Shown: piece after piece, positions 1 to 10,228 of the stretch
Layout of the letters: each line of letters starts with the position of its first letter
Position numbering within the stretch: position 1 is the first letter of the stretch
Source: Candidatus Poribacteria bacterium
Lineage (GTDB): Bacteria > Poribacteria > WGA-4E > WGA-3G
Length of the DNA stretch: 64,000 nucleotides
NCBI GenBank assembly: GCA_965198235.1
Contig: OZ240248.1
Location: forward strand, 4,064,001-4,128,000
Direction: 5' to 3'
Translations under genes and position numbers: made by a program
Notes under the pieces: model-generated
The model's input: only the letters and a program-made list of their open reading frames with translations
Told to the model about the DNA's origin: nothing
Databases searched by the model: none

Positions 1-3000
1 CCAGTCACTCCCGGCATGCGAATCTTAAGTTGTGCCGGAGGTTGTAACTGGAGGTTTTTATTTTGGTGGACTATCTCAACGAATTTCTTCACATTAATTC
101 GTGGTTTTCTTTCATCAAAGGTAACCTTCACCTGTTCCTTTCCAGCAACAATGGCTGTGACACCGAGATGTTGGCTGAGTTGTTTGATGTCAGCGACTTC
201 CAGTAACATCTCAGCCGGTTCGGGTATCGCACCGTATCGATCTTTCAACTCCTCTCGAAGCTCATTCAGGGCTTCTCGATCCTTCAGCCCAGCAATTTTC
301 TTATAGATAGAGACCTTTTGACGGCTATCTGGGACGTAGTTATCGGGCAGATAGGCTTCAACGGGTAGGCTGATACGCGTTTCCACGGTTTCCTCAACCT
401 TTTCACCCTTTAGTGCCATCACCGCTTCTTCAAGAAGTCTACAATACAGTTCATAACCGACAGTGACGATATGTCCATGCTGTTCCGAACCGAGGATATT
501 TCCAGCACCCCGAATCTCTAAATCTCGGAGGGCTATTTTGAAACCTGAACCAAGGTCTGTGAATTCTTCGATAACGCGGAGCCGCTTCTGCGCGCCTTCC
601 GTGATTGCCCGGTCCTGTGGATAGAAGAGGTATCCGTAAGCCTGGGCAGTAGCACGTCCGACGCGTCCTCGTAACTGATAGAGTTGCGCCAAACCGAGTG
701 CATCCGCTCGATTAATGAGGATCGTGTTAACGTTGGGAATATCCAGTCCTGATTCAATAATCATTGTGCAGACAAGGACATCATGTTTATGCCGGACAAA
801 CTCCAGCATAACGGTCTCTAATTCACGTTCAGGCATCTGTCCATGTGCAACAGCAATGCGTGCATCCGGTGCCAGTTCTTGAATTGCTAAAGCGATACTC
901 TGGATATCCTGAACGCGGTTGTGGACAAAAAACACTTGCCCGCCGCGCCCTAATTCTGTGGTGATGGCTTCGCGAATCACATCACTGTCATAAGGCATGA
1001 CGTACGTTTGAATCGGCAATCGATCTGCTGGTGGTGTGTTAACGACGCTAAAGTCTCGTATGCCAACAAGCGACATGTGGAGTGTACGTGGAATCGGCGT
1101 AGCGGTTAATGTAAGGACATCAATGGTTTCTTTGAATTGTTTTACTTTCTCTTTATGCTTAACGCCGAAGCGATGTTCTTCGTCAACTATTAAGAGCCCG
1201 AGGTTGTCGAACTCAACCGTTTTGGATAGTAGGCTGTGTGTTCCAATAACAACATCAATAGTACCCTTCGCCAACCCCGCTTTAATCTCTTTTATCTCTC
1301 TCGGTGTGCGGAATCGGTTTAACATTTCAATGTTGACGGGAAAAGGTTGAAAACGTTTTTCAAAAGTGTCGTAGTGTTGGAGAGCGAGAATGGTCGTAGG
1401 GACAAGAATCGCCACTTGCTTTTCGGACATGACCGCTTTGAAAGCGGCACGTAACGCTATCTCAGTTTTTCCGTATCCGACATCTCCACAGACGAGTCTA
1501 TCCATCGGACGTTCATCTTCCATATCTGCTTTGACATCTTCAATTGATTGGAGTTGATCGTCAGTTTCCTGATACGGAAAAAGTGCTTCAAATTCGGTTT
1601 GCCATGGCACTTCAGCAGGAAAACTGAAGCCTTTGCGCGCTTGACGAAGGGCGTATAACTTGAGGAGTTCACCCGCCATTTGTTCGATTGATTTTTTAAC
1701 GCGTCCCTTTCGCCGACTCCAAGCTGTCCCCCCAAGCCGATCCACACGTGGCTTATAGTTGTTATCTTTGCTGCCAATATACTTCTGAACGAGGTCGACT
1801 TGATAGGTCGGTACATAAAGAATGTCATCCGCGTTGTATCTGAGTATCAGAAAATCTTGTGACTTTCCGTCAATTGCCAATCGACGTATCCCATCATAGA
1901 TAGCGATGCCGTGCGAGACGTGTACGACATAATCCCCAACTTTTAGATCGATGAGACTGAGAATTGGTGTTCCGTCTGTAGAAGGGCGGTGTCGGGTGGG
2001 ACGGCGATGACGACGACTGCCAAAGAGTTCATCTTCGGAAATAACAGCGAGATGTAGTGATTCATTGAGAAACCCTTCACTAATTGTTCCGACACTGGTT
2101 TCAATATCTGGAGGAAATAAGTCGCGTTCCGCTAAGATTTCAGATACGCGTTTTGACTGTTGAGGGGTCTCACAGAAAACATGAACCCGCGTTCCCTCCT
2201 CCGTCCAAGTTTTCATCTGATTGATGATCGTTTGATAGTTGCCGGATGGCAGTGCAAGCGGTTTCATCTCGAAATGCAGAGGCGGCATCTTATTGTCCAT
2301 GACCTCACGGGGTGGTGCTAAGGACGACGAGACAACGGAATACTTCTCTAATTCGGTGTTGAGTGTTTCAAAGGAGGCGAGCAGCTTATCCGGCGGGACC
2401 ATGAGGTCAGATCCCTCTAACTTCTTCTGGTACAACTCCTGTATCCGTTCGTGCATTTGCGAGGCTTCGCGCTTCTGCCATTGAGGCTCTATCAAGCAGA
2501 CAATCGTGTCATTGGGCAGATAATCGGGGAGCAATTCGGTTTCTGGAATGAGCATGGGCAAAAAGCCCTCTATCCCATCATTCAGTGGACATTCCTCAAA
2601 CCGATATTGAGAAGATGCCGCTTCTGTTAAACATTGTGTTATCTCCCGAACCGTGTTTATCAGTTGTGGCGTTGCGTGTTCTTGGATGAGGGCATCCGCT
2701 TGGGTTTGCCAATAGTCAACAGATACATCAGCAGAAAGGACTTCCCGCAAGGGCGTAAGCGTAACCGATTCGATGGGTTCAGTCGAACGTTGCGAAATCG
2801 GATCAAAAGCACGGATAGTATCAATTTCATCGCCAAAAAACTCGACGCGCATTGGGGTGTCAGTCGTCAGCGGATAGACATCTAAGATGTCGCCTCTACG
2901 CGCAAATTCGCCCTTGACTTCTACAAGTTCAACATTTTGGTATCCCCCGCGGATAAGCGTCGCCGCGACATCGTCTGGATCTATCTCATCTCCGAGATTA

Positions 3001-3455
3001 AGGACGCTACAAGCATCGGCAAAACGGTGACGTGGTGGGAGTCTATAAAGCATCGCTTGACTTGATGTTACAATGACACTCCGTTCTTTATATATTAAGT
3101 GCTCCAGACATCGAATTCGATCCGCGACGGTTTCCTTGGGAGGCGCGATGCCATCAAAGATTTTTCGGTGCCAGCCGGGAAACAGATTCATCTTGGACTG
3201 TACATCGAGCATATGTGTCGTTTCTGAAGCAGGATACGCCGTGTATGTACATATTTCTTCTAAAACTTGCTCGGCTTCACGTTGTGAAGGAAGGATAATG
3301 AGGAAGGATTTATTTGGAAAATCGTCAATAAGGGTTGCCAAAAGATACGAGGTTGATGCGTTTGCCAATCCTCTGAGCCATGGAAGTTTCTTGCCATCTT
3401 TGAGGCGTGCCACCAATGTTTGATAATTTTCTGTTTTGCGTAAAAACTCTATCAC
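1..3455 (-). CDS. mfd: Transcription-repair coupling factor (3' end runs off the window)
   Basis: Manual minus-strand reading from GTG at 3455 (AAGGA upstream): MIEFLRKTENY... It shows a UvrB-like region, a CarD/RID region (GDYVVHVSHGIAIY), helicase motifs CGDVGYGKTE, DEEHRFGV, TATPIPRT and QLRGRVGR, and TRCF-type DRYGAIP. No stop before position 1, so it is absent from the ORF track. Confidence 0.97.
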   Translation of the reverse strand, partial: MIEFLRKTENYQTLVARLKDGKKLPWLRGLANASTSYLLATLIDDFPNKSFLIILPSQREAEQVLEEICTYTAYPASETTHMLDVQSKMNLFPGWHRKIFDGIAPPKETVADRIRCLEHLIYKERSVIVTSSQAMLYRLPPRHRFADACSVLNLGDEIDPDDVAATLIRGGYQNVELVEVKGEFARRGDILDVYPLTTDTPMRVEFFGDEIDTIRAFDPISQRSTEPIESVTLTPLREVLSADVSVDYWQTQADALIQEHATPQLINTVREITQCLTEAASSQYRFEECPLNDGIEGFLPMLIPETELLPDYLPNDTIVCLIEPQWQKREASQMHERIQELYQKKLEGSDLMVPPDKLLASFETLNTELEKYSVVSSSLAPPREVMDNKMPPLHFEMKPLALPSGNYQTIINQMKTWTEEGTRVHVFCETPQQSKRVSEILAERDLFPPDIETSVGTISEGFLNESLHLAVISEDELFGSRRHRRPTRHRPSTDGTPILSLIDLKVGDYVVHVSHGIAIYDGIRRLAIDGKSQDFLILRYNADDILYVPTYQVDLVQKYIGSKDNNYKPRVDRLGGTAWSRRKGRVKKSIEQMAGELLKLYALRQARKGFSFPAEVPWQTEFEALFPYQETDDQLQSIEDVKADMEDERPMDRLVCGDVGYGKTEIALRAAFKAVMSEKQVAILVPTTILALQHYDTFEKRFQPFPVNIEMLNRFRTPREIKEIKAGLAKGTIDVVIGTHSLLSKTVEFDNLGLLIVDEEHRFGVKHKEKVKQFKETIDVLTLTATPIPRTLHMSLVGIRDFSVVNTPPADRLPIQTYVMPYDSDVIREAITTELGRGGQVFFVHNRVQDIQSIALAIQELAPDARIAVAHGQMPERELETVMLEFVRHKHDVLVCTMIIESGLDIPNVNTILINRADALGLAQLYQLRGRVGRATAQAYGYLFYPQDRAITEGAQKRLRVIEEFTDLGSGFKIALRDLEIRGAGNILGSEQHGHIVTVGYELYCRLLEEAVMALKGEKVEETVETRISLPVEAYLPDNYVPDSRQKVSIYKKIAGLKDREALNELREELKDRYGAIPEPAEMLLEVADIKQLSQHLGVTAIVAGKEQVKVTFDERKPRINVKKFVEIVHQNKNLQLQPPAQLKIRMPGVT

Positions 3456-3514
3456 TACTTTTTCCTTGACAAACCGTGCTGGCGATTGAAGTTACAAAAT
3501 GTATATTAGGCGTC

Positions 3515-4282
3515 TTAGTCTGTAAATTCGATGTCGGTTAAAGTGACTTTCACTGTCAATTGTCCTATTTTGCTCTCCGCTTTGACAGGTAACCGACGTT
3601 CATCATCCGTGAGCCAAAAGCGGTCGCCTGCTGAAGTTTGCAGGACGAGGGTTTTGACGGCACCCAATGCCTTATTTTTTACCATCTCTCTACGCTCAAC
3701 AGTGAGCGTAACCTTCTGGACTTTTCCCTTCGCGATAATTGGAAAGAAATAAGTTTGACCGAGTTCAAACTTTTTAGAACGTAGAAAGTAGAGCGTTGAC
3801 AGTTCATCCTGTGTGCCAACGGGTATGTCTATGACCTTTGCCTCGCGCTTTTGAGGCGATTTCGGCTTCGGGCGTGAGATTTTTTCATATGCTGCCGTTG
3901 CCTCTCGAAAGTCAACCGTGACAGTAGCGCGATATTTTTGATCCCGCAACTGGTTCCGAAAACGGACGGGTGAGAGGGTCGTCGGATTTAGATACGTTTC
4001 TTCCTGTCTCTGGAAACTATAGACTCTGAAAAGTGCACGAGTTTTCATTTCAGACTGGATATGATAAACGTCCTCCCCGTTCACCGATTCCTCTCTGACA
4101 ATCCAGTCTGTCCGCTGGGCGGCAGGTATTTTTTTCCAACTAATATTATAGGTTAATTTTTCACCGACCCTTAGCGGATTGGGAAAGATATTTGGACTTT
4201 CAACAAGTGAGCGGGAAGCACTATTTACGGCAAGAGTTCCTATGAGTAAAAAGATGAAAATCAGGTGTTTTGCATACTGCAT
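3515..4282 (-). CDS. DUF3108-family exported protein
   Basis: Signal peptide; GEKLTYNISW, QDELSTLYFLR and WLTDDERRLPVK are typical of DUF3108. Confidence 0.8.
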   Translation of the reverse strand: MQYAKHLIFIFLLIGTLAVNSASRSLVESPNIFPNPLRVGEKLTYNISWKKIPAAQRTDWIVREESVNGEDVYHIQSEMKTRALFRVYSFQRQEETYLNPTTLSPVRFRNQLRDQKYRATVTVDFREATAAYEKISRPKPKSPQKREAKVIDIPVGTQDELSTLYFLRSKKFELGQTYFFPIIAKGKVQKVTLTVERREMVKNKALGAVKTLVLQTSAGDRFWLTDDERRLPVKAESKIGQLTVKVTLTDIEFTD

Positions 4283-4397
4283 TTTTTAACTATTAAGTTT
4301 CTGTACCGATTTTTCCGTTGTCAAAATCGGGTTTTCGGTGTACTCCGATTGGATTTGAGAATGCTCGAATTTTTCTTTTTTTCAGTACCAGTAGGTG

Positions 4398-5039
4398 TTA
4401 GAACCTATGTGTAAAGATTAGAGAACGGATACCATTATCCCTTTGTTCCACTTGTACGGAAAATCTTTGATTATTATACGCCTCGGCTGTCTTCGGGGCA
4501 TCAAAAATATTCCAAATGTGGATTCCGATGCCTGTTGCGAGAAAAACACCGCTGAGAAACGCGTGGCTCTTCATTCGGGTGCGCCCCTGCTCGTACGTTA
4601 AGAATTCACCCGTTCGGATGTCTTGAAATCCTGTCTCGAAAACACCTTGTTTGTTGTAATGCAGGGCGCGCGCGATGTTATAGCCGGCAAGTGCGAAAGT
4701 CCCTAACTCGGCAGTAAGGAAAAGCGTCGCTTTCGTATAATTGCCGGCGTAAGCTTGTCCCAATCCGGGCATAAACGTTGACAGCCGCGATGCTTTCTTG
4801 AGATCAAGTGCTGGATAGTAGCGTTCTGCATGTGACCGAAACAGCGGATAATCCGATTCAGGTTCAGGCGTACCCAAATAGTTACGCAGAAGCGGTTGCG
4901 TTCTGCGATTTTTCGCGTCGGATTTCTCATCAGTAGGCGCGGTTTCAGCGTTTCCAGTGACGAAAAGAAACAGAAACGCAAGAAGTATGTATAATGGCGG
5001 CACCCATGCCGCCCCAACTTTTTTTAGCATGAAGCGCAC
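4398..5039 (-). CDS. Hypothetical membrane protein (DUF5683/TM2-like)
   Basis: S-x-x-x-PGLGQAYAG motif followed by hydrophobic segments and IWNIFDA. Confidence 0.6.
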   Translation of the reverse strand: MRFMLKKVGAAWVPPLYILLAFLFLFVTGNAETAPTDEKSDAKNRRTQPLLRNYLGTPEPESDYPLFRSHAERYYPALDLKKASRLSTFMPGLGQAYAGNYTKATLFLTAELGTFALAGYNIARALHYNKQGVFETGFQDIRTGEFLTYEQGRTRMKSHAFLSGVFLATGIGIHIWNIFDAPKTAEAYNNQRFSVQVEQRDNGIRSLIFTHRF

Positions 5040-5045
5040 TCCTTA

Positions 5046-5840
5046 TCAAGGGATCTTGAGAGATGGAGCCAATTGTACGTTATCAGGATCGGTTTGGTAT
5101 GCCCAATCAAAGATGACAGCATCATCAGAAAGCTTGCGCACCTGAATCTTGGCGAAGTTCCCATCAGGTGTATAGATGGCATAGATATGCCCCTCAATGA
5201 GTTCAACAAATAGCGTGGTATACCCAAATTCCGGAACAATGTCAACGCCATCAAAGTATTCACGATACCCCAAATCTTGCATGAACGTATCATTGTCGGA
5301 ATAGAGGTAAGTGACGTTTACTTCAGTATCAAAACCAAAATAGACATCGGTTGCGGGTGTGTCCCATGGGATACTTCCCTTTTGCGGTTGTGAGAAATCG
5401 AATCCACTTCTTCCAGGGGACAGATTGTAGTCATCAAGGATGATGTTCCGTCCTTCTGGTCGCGGTGTATCCCAAGCATCTTCGGGACTCAACTCACTCT
5501 CGTTTCCCTCAATGTCATAAGCGGAAACCGCGTAGTAGTAAGTCTCCCCGTTTCGCACCGTCGTATCTGTATAACGCGTGGCACCTTCCGACACCTCTAC
5601 TAATGCATCAAAGTCTGTGCCGTCGCGTCCACGCCACACTGTGTAACCTGCCAAGTCATATTCGCCATTCGGATACCACTCGATGATGACCTGCTCATCG
5701 CCTGTAATGGTTTTGACACCGCGAGGCGTAGCGGGTGGCTCATCATCAGTATCGCTGGTATCAACGTAACATCCACCGATATTACCAAGTAACATAACAA
5801 AGAGTAGTATTGTGAGAATTCCGTTAATCTTGAATAACAT
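5046..5840 (-). CDS. Fibronectin type III domain lipoprotein
   Basis: Lipobox-like IGGC; FN3 pattern PPATPRGV...W...GYTVWR...YTDTTV.NGETYYYAVSAYD..GNES; GGAGG RBS. Confidence 0.8.
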   Translation of the reverse strand: MLFKINGILTILLFVMLLGNIGGCYVDTSDTDDEPPATPRGVKTITGDEQVIIEWYPNGEYDLAGYTVWRGRDGTDFDALVEVSEGATRYTDTTVRNGETYYYAVSAYDIEGNESELSPEDAWDTPRPEGRNIILDDYNLSPGRSGFDFSQPQKGSIPWDTPATDVYFGFDTEVNVTYLYSDNDTFMQDLGYREYFDGVDIVPEFGYTTLFVELIEGHIYAIYTPDGNFAKIQVRKLSDDAVIFDWAYQTDPDNVQLAPSLKIP

Positions 5841-6028
5841 GTTCTATTTCCTCCAGAGTTTGAATTGTGTTGAACTCTGTAACGGATATCCTCTTAAATG
5901 CGTTGACAAGCTCTTTATAAAATAATATCACAAAAGGCTTGGGAATGCAAGTCAAAATTTTCCTACGTTTGCGTGGTTATCCCTTCCTACAGAAAAACTG
6001 AATAGCCCTGCCCCCATAAATCTCCTAA

Positions 6029-6057
6029 TTGACATTCCATCCCGATTGTGATATGAT
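6029..6057 (+). promoter_or_regulatory. Sigma70-type promoter for sixA
   Basis: TTGACA-N17-TATGAT. Confidence 0.6.
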
Positions 6058-6094
6058 ACGAACAGATACAAAAGAACTCTACAGAGGGAATATC

Positions 6095-6592
6095 ATGAAA
6101 ACTCTTCTGATTCTGCGACATGCCAAATCGAGTTGGAATTATCCAGAACTCTCTGATTACGGCCGACCTCTTAATGCACGGGGTAAACGGGACGCGCCGC
6201 GCATGGGAGAATTTCTGCGTGAACAAGGGTTAATTCCCGACAGGATCCTCACTTCATCGGCAAAGCGTGCAAGAAAAACGGCGAGTAAAGTTGCAAAAAC
6301 GTGTGGTTATACGGGTAAAGTCAAAAAGGTAGATGCGTTTTATGATAGCGTCGCTGGAGTCTACTATGAAACATTACAAGCACTGCCAGACAAATATCAG
6401 CGCGTCATGGTCGTGGGACATAATCCGACCATGGAACAACTCGTCCGTTCCTTGACGGGAGAGTTCAGACAGATGCCAACCGCAGCACTTGCCCATATCG
6501 AACTTCCCATCCAACGTTGGGAAGCACTGAACGTGGATACAGAGGGAACCTTAGTCAACTTATGGACACCCAAAACGCTTTTCACCGATTGA
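6095..6592 (+). CDS. sixA: SixA-like histidine phosphatase
   Basis: MKTLLILRHAKSSW...RPLNARG...VVGHNPT; ATG at 6095 after GAGGG. Confidence 0.88.
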   Translation: MKTLLILRHAKSSWNYPELSDYGRPLNARGKRDAPRMGEFLREQGLIPDRILTSSAKRARKTASKVAKTCGYTGKVKKVDAFYDSVAGVYYETLQALPDKYQRVMVVGHNPTMEQLVRSLTGEFRQMPTAALAHIELPIQRWEALNVDTEGTLVNLWTPKTLFTD

Positions 6593-7956
6593 TCCAATTG
6601 TTATCAGTGGTGACGCTTCTCCTGCTTGCGGGCTTTTGCACACTATGTAAATCTTCTTCGGCTGAGATCCCAGTTTCGACGGCTAAAGATGGACAATTCC
6701 TCCCATGGGTCGTGGACGATGGTGAGGGTGGCGTTATTGTTATGTGGGAGGATTACCGCACCGGTAAGGATTGGGATGTCTATGCACAGCGCGTTGATAG
6801 TCGTGGCACAACACGTTGGGAAGAAAATGGTGTCGCAATCTGCAGAGCGGATAGGAATCAACGTCGCTTACGAATGATTCGACACGAAGGGCATGCGATC
6901 GTCGTTTGGAACGACAGGCGCGACAGAAGTAATTGGGATATCTATGCACAAGCGGTGAATCTTGAAGGTGAGGTGCTTTGGCAAACAGAGGGTATACCTA
7001 TCTGCGTAAACAGTGCGGACCAATCAACACAAGCGATCTTGAGTGACGGTGAAGGGGGTGCCATCTGCGTTTGGGAAGATGAACGCCGAAGTTCCGAATT
7101 CCAAGATTTGTACATCCAACGGATCAATGCCAGAGGCGAACCGATGTGGGAACCCGACGGAATTCCCGTTTTTCCATCGGAATCCCTCCAGAGCAATCCG
7201 ATTCTGCTTGCAGACAGGGTTGGCGGCTTCTATGTTGTTTGGTGGGATGTCATCGGATATGACGCGTGGCACATCATGGCATACCGACTGAGCTTAGATG
7301 CGAAACCGTTGTGGGACGCGCCGCGCCTCATTTCACCAGCAGAAGGGATACAAGGCGAACCGCGGGTGATTCCCGATGGTGAAGGCGGATTTGTCGTCTT
7401 GTGGCAGATGTACGAAAATTTTATCAACGATCAACTTTACGCCCAACGGGTTGCACCTGACGGTAGCAAATTGTGGGAAGACACAGGGGTTCCTATTTGC
7501 ACTGCACAGGGTATCCAGAAACATGCCTCGGTTGTGAATGACGGAGAAGGCGGTTTCATCGTCGTCTGGAGAGACGAACGCGATGTCTATTCCGATTTAT
7601 ATATGCAGCGTATCCGCGCCGACGGAACCCCCGTCTGGAAGAAAGATGGTATCCCTCTTTGCACAGCCGGTGGACATCAGGACAAGCCTTTCATTGTCCG
7701 AACTGCGGAAAACCGTTTCTCTGTGGTGTGGTTAGATTATCGAGAGGACTTCGGTGAAGAGAGTACCGATGCCATTTACCGCCAGCAAATTGATTTAGAA
7801 GGCAAACCGTTATGGGAAAAAAACGGTGTTGCTATTTCTACAAGTGAGGGAACACATTATCCGCCGTTTGTGGTAACTGTTGAAAAGGGGAAATGGATTG
7901 TTGTTTGGAGTAACACCCAGCAGGACAACGGAGATATCTATCTTGAACAGTTTTAG
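6562..7956 (+). CDS. Secreted repeat protein (probable beta-propeller)
   Basis: Signal peptide, then about 8 repeats of DGEGGxxVxWxDxR...DIYAQRI...G...W..G..IC. Confidence 0.7.
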   Translation: MDTQNAFHRLIQLLSVVTLLLLAGFCTLCKSSSAEIPVSTAKDGQFLPWVVDDGEGGVIVMWEDYRTGKDWDVYAQRVDSRGTTRWEENGVAICRADRNQRRLRMIRHEGHAIVVWNDRRDRSNWDIYAQAVNLEGEVLWQTEGIPICVNSADQSTQAILSDGEGGAICVWEDERRSSEFQDLYIQRINARGEPMWEPDGIPVFPSESLQSNPILLADRVGGFYVVWWDVIGYDAWHIMAYRLSLDAKPLWDAPRLISPAEGIQGEPRVIPDGEGGFVVLWQMYENFINDQLYAQRVAPDGSKLWEDTGVPICTAQGIQKHASVVNDGEGGFIVVWRDERDVYSDLYMQRIRADGTPVWKKDGIPLCTAGGHQDKPFIVRTAENRFSVVWLDYREDFGEESTDAIYRQQIDLEGKPLWEKNGVAISTSEGTHYPPFVVTVEKGKWIVVWSNTQQDNGDIYLEQF

Positions 7957-8118
7957 GCAGCTATCCCCGCTCAAATAGGTAAGAGAAGGGCACTGTTCTC
8001 ATGAATTTGTATCTTTTTTATGAGGAGACCATGACAACTTGACTTAAGTCAAATTGATTCTGGAACCGCTTATGAAATGAACGGTAGCAAGGTATAGAAG
8101 GACCCCACTTAGCCCTAT

Positions 8119-9993
8119 CTACAACTGCGGTCTCATCTCAATGAGATGCGCGCCTTCTAACCCGACGCGGACATCTTCATCATAACTCGTCACAACCACC
8201 TGATGTTCTTCAGCGAGTTGACGGATAAAATCTACCATCAACGCCTTCCGTTCTTCATCTAAGTGGAGCGTTGGATCGTCGAATACAAAGAAGCCGGGGT
8301 TGCCTAATACCTTGGCGAGGGCAACTTTGAAACAGAGGTAGAGGAACATCTTTTCGCTACCACTGAGGAGCATCAAACTCCGATCGACACCATCAATCGT
8401 GAGCGAAGGGAGTAAGTGTTGACGTTGTAAGTCGACGCGAGTTTGTCCCCCGCTCCCGCGAGAAATAGAAAAGAGTTGCATCTTTTCGAGCCAGTGATGC
8501 AACTCCTCTTCAGCGGGTTTGAGGATCTGACGTTGGAGGGTTTCGATGGTTTTGTCAACCCCAGCGCACGCGAGTTCTAAACTCAGGAGCGTCTTTTCAA
8601 TCTTGGCTGCGTCTCTGTTAGTTCGCTGGAGCGCACCAAGCCTATCTAAACGGACAGCCTCTTGCTGCTTGAGTTGCTCCAGACGTTTCCGCTCCTGATC
8701 GATTTGGGCTTTCAACTTCGGTTTATCTAAATCTGTAGGTGTTTCAGAAGACAACTGCTCGTCTTTTTGGATTCCCCTCTCCGTTAATCGGGAAGTCAGA
8801 TTGCTGAGTTCGCTCTGAATTTCCTCAATTTCGCCGGAGTGTTGTTCAAACCGTGTTAAACGTCCCTGCAAAGTCTGGAGCCGTTGTTCAAGCTCACGCC
8901 GACTCTTTAAATTCTCGGTTTCTGTATCCAATGATTGCCTGTGGGTCTCTAATTCGGTGCAGCGTTGAGATTTTTCAGTTTCCTTTTCATCAATAATCTG
9001 TTGCACAACTTCACGCTCAACCTTCTGATAACAGGTTGGACAGTGCTGTTCATCGTTCTCAATTAGAGTGCGGAGGGTGTTACAGACATTTGTCAACGCC
9101 GCAATTTGCGACTCAAGGCTACCAATTTGCTGTATAAGTTTCTCCCGTTTTGTCTCTAATCCGGCGGCTCCCTGAATACTATTTTCGATTTTAGCCATCA
9201 TTTCTCGCAACTGATCGATGCCTTTGAATCCGCTCAATGCCTCGCGTTGCTCGTGTGTGAGCGTGTCCAAACGTTTTTGTAAACGATCCTGGTGCTGTAG
9301 CCATTCTGCGATTAACGCGGTATCCCCCGTTTCAGCACCGTAAGCGGCTTCCAAGCCCTTCAACTTTTCTTCAATTCGTGCGATTTCGGCTTGATCCACA
9401 TTTTGCGCATTGAACCGCAAACTATTTTGATGCGCACGAATTCTCCCCTGTTCACGTTTCGCGATGCGGCGTGTGTCAATGAACCGATCCCGTACTTCAA
9501 TTAGCCTGTCAATACCGAGAAGTGTATGGAGAATATCGCGCCGACTCGTGGATTGACGGGCAAGGAACTCAAAAATCTCGCCTTCGCGGAGGAACGTGGT
9601 AAGGGCAAGCTGCTCGTGCATAATGCCAAATCGCTCCTGTAACAATGTTTCCGTCACCCTAACACGTTTCTCATCAAAGACGATCTGCCACGCGCCGTTT
9701 CTTTCTGAGCGGAGTTGGATACGTTTCCCTGTCGCTCGATAGAGGAGGTAGCGTTCGCCATTCTCAACGAATTGAAGACCCGCCGTGCCGCTATAGGCTT
9801 TGGCATTTTTTATAGCGGAGGTATCCACGCGTGGGACAATCGGTTTTCCGGTTAATGTAAAAAAGATCGCATTGACGAGCGTGCTTTTCCCACTGAAATT
9901 GGGACCGAAAATGAGATTGACACCGTTGTGAAGCTCAAAATCTCGCTGTTGGAAACAGCCGAAAGCCTTAAGGCGGATCCGCTCTAACTGCAT
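8119..9993 (-). CDS. Rad50/SbcC-like SMC-family ABC ATPase with zinc hook
   Basis: Walker A GPNFSGKST, coiled coil with central CPTC, signature LSGSEK, Walker B FVFDDPT; start MQLERIRL at 9993. Confidence 0.85.
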   Translation of the reverse strand: MQLERIRLKAFGCFQQRDFELHNGVNLIFGPNFSGKSTLVNAIFFTLTGKPIVPRVDTSAIKNAKAYSGTAGLQFVENGERYLLYRATGKRIQLRSERNGAWQIVFDEKRVRVTETLLQERFGIMHEQLALTTFLREGEIFEFLARQSTSRRDILHTLLGIDRLIEVRDRFIDTRRIAKREQGRIRAHQNSLRFNAQNVDQAEIARIEEKLKGLEAAYGAETGDTALIAEWLQHQDRLQKRLDTLTHEQREALSGFKGIDQLREMMAKIENSIQGAAGLETKREKLIQQIGSLESQIAALTNVCNTLRTLIENDEQHCPTCYQKVEREVVQQIIDEKETEKSQRCTELETHRQSLDTETENLKSRRELEQRLQTLQGRLTRFEQHSGEIEEIQSELSNLTSRLTERGIQKDEQLSSETPTDLDKPKLKAQIDQERKRLEQLKQQEAVRLDRLGALQRTNRDAAKIEKTLLSLELACAGVDKTIETLQRQILKPAEEELHHWLEKMQLFSISRGSGGQTRVDLQRQHLLPSLTIDGVDRSLMLLSGSEKMFLYLCFKVALAKVLGNPGFFVFDDPTLHLDEERKALMVDFIRQLAEEHQVVVTSYDEDVRVGLEGAHLIEMRPQL

Positions 9994-9994
9994 A

Positions 9995-10228
9995 TCAGTC
10001 GTCTCTCTTTTGGTGAATAAGGTCGTAAAGCATTTGGGCTCGAACTTTTTCACGCCCGTTCGTCAACGTCAGTTCAAATGCGCGCACAATCGCTTCAAGT
10101 TCAGCGGGACCGAGGGTTTTATACTTCTCTTCCTGCTGAATCAGTGCCTCAATTTCTTTTCTGTAAATATGTTGCGTCTCGTTTTCAAGGGAGATGTCCA
10201 TAGTAGTGTCTTTCAGGAGCAGATTCAA
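9995..10228 (-). CDS. Small hypothetical protein
   Basis: Exactly fills the gap between the aminotransferase (overlapping its stop) and the SMC-like gene; helical, charged composition. Confidence 0.6.
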   Translation of the reverse strand: MNLLLKDTTMDISLENETQHIYRKEIEALIQQEEKYKTLGPAELEAIVRAFELTLTNGREKVRAQMLYDLIHQKRDD

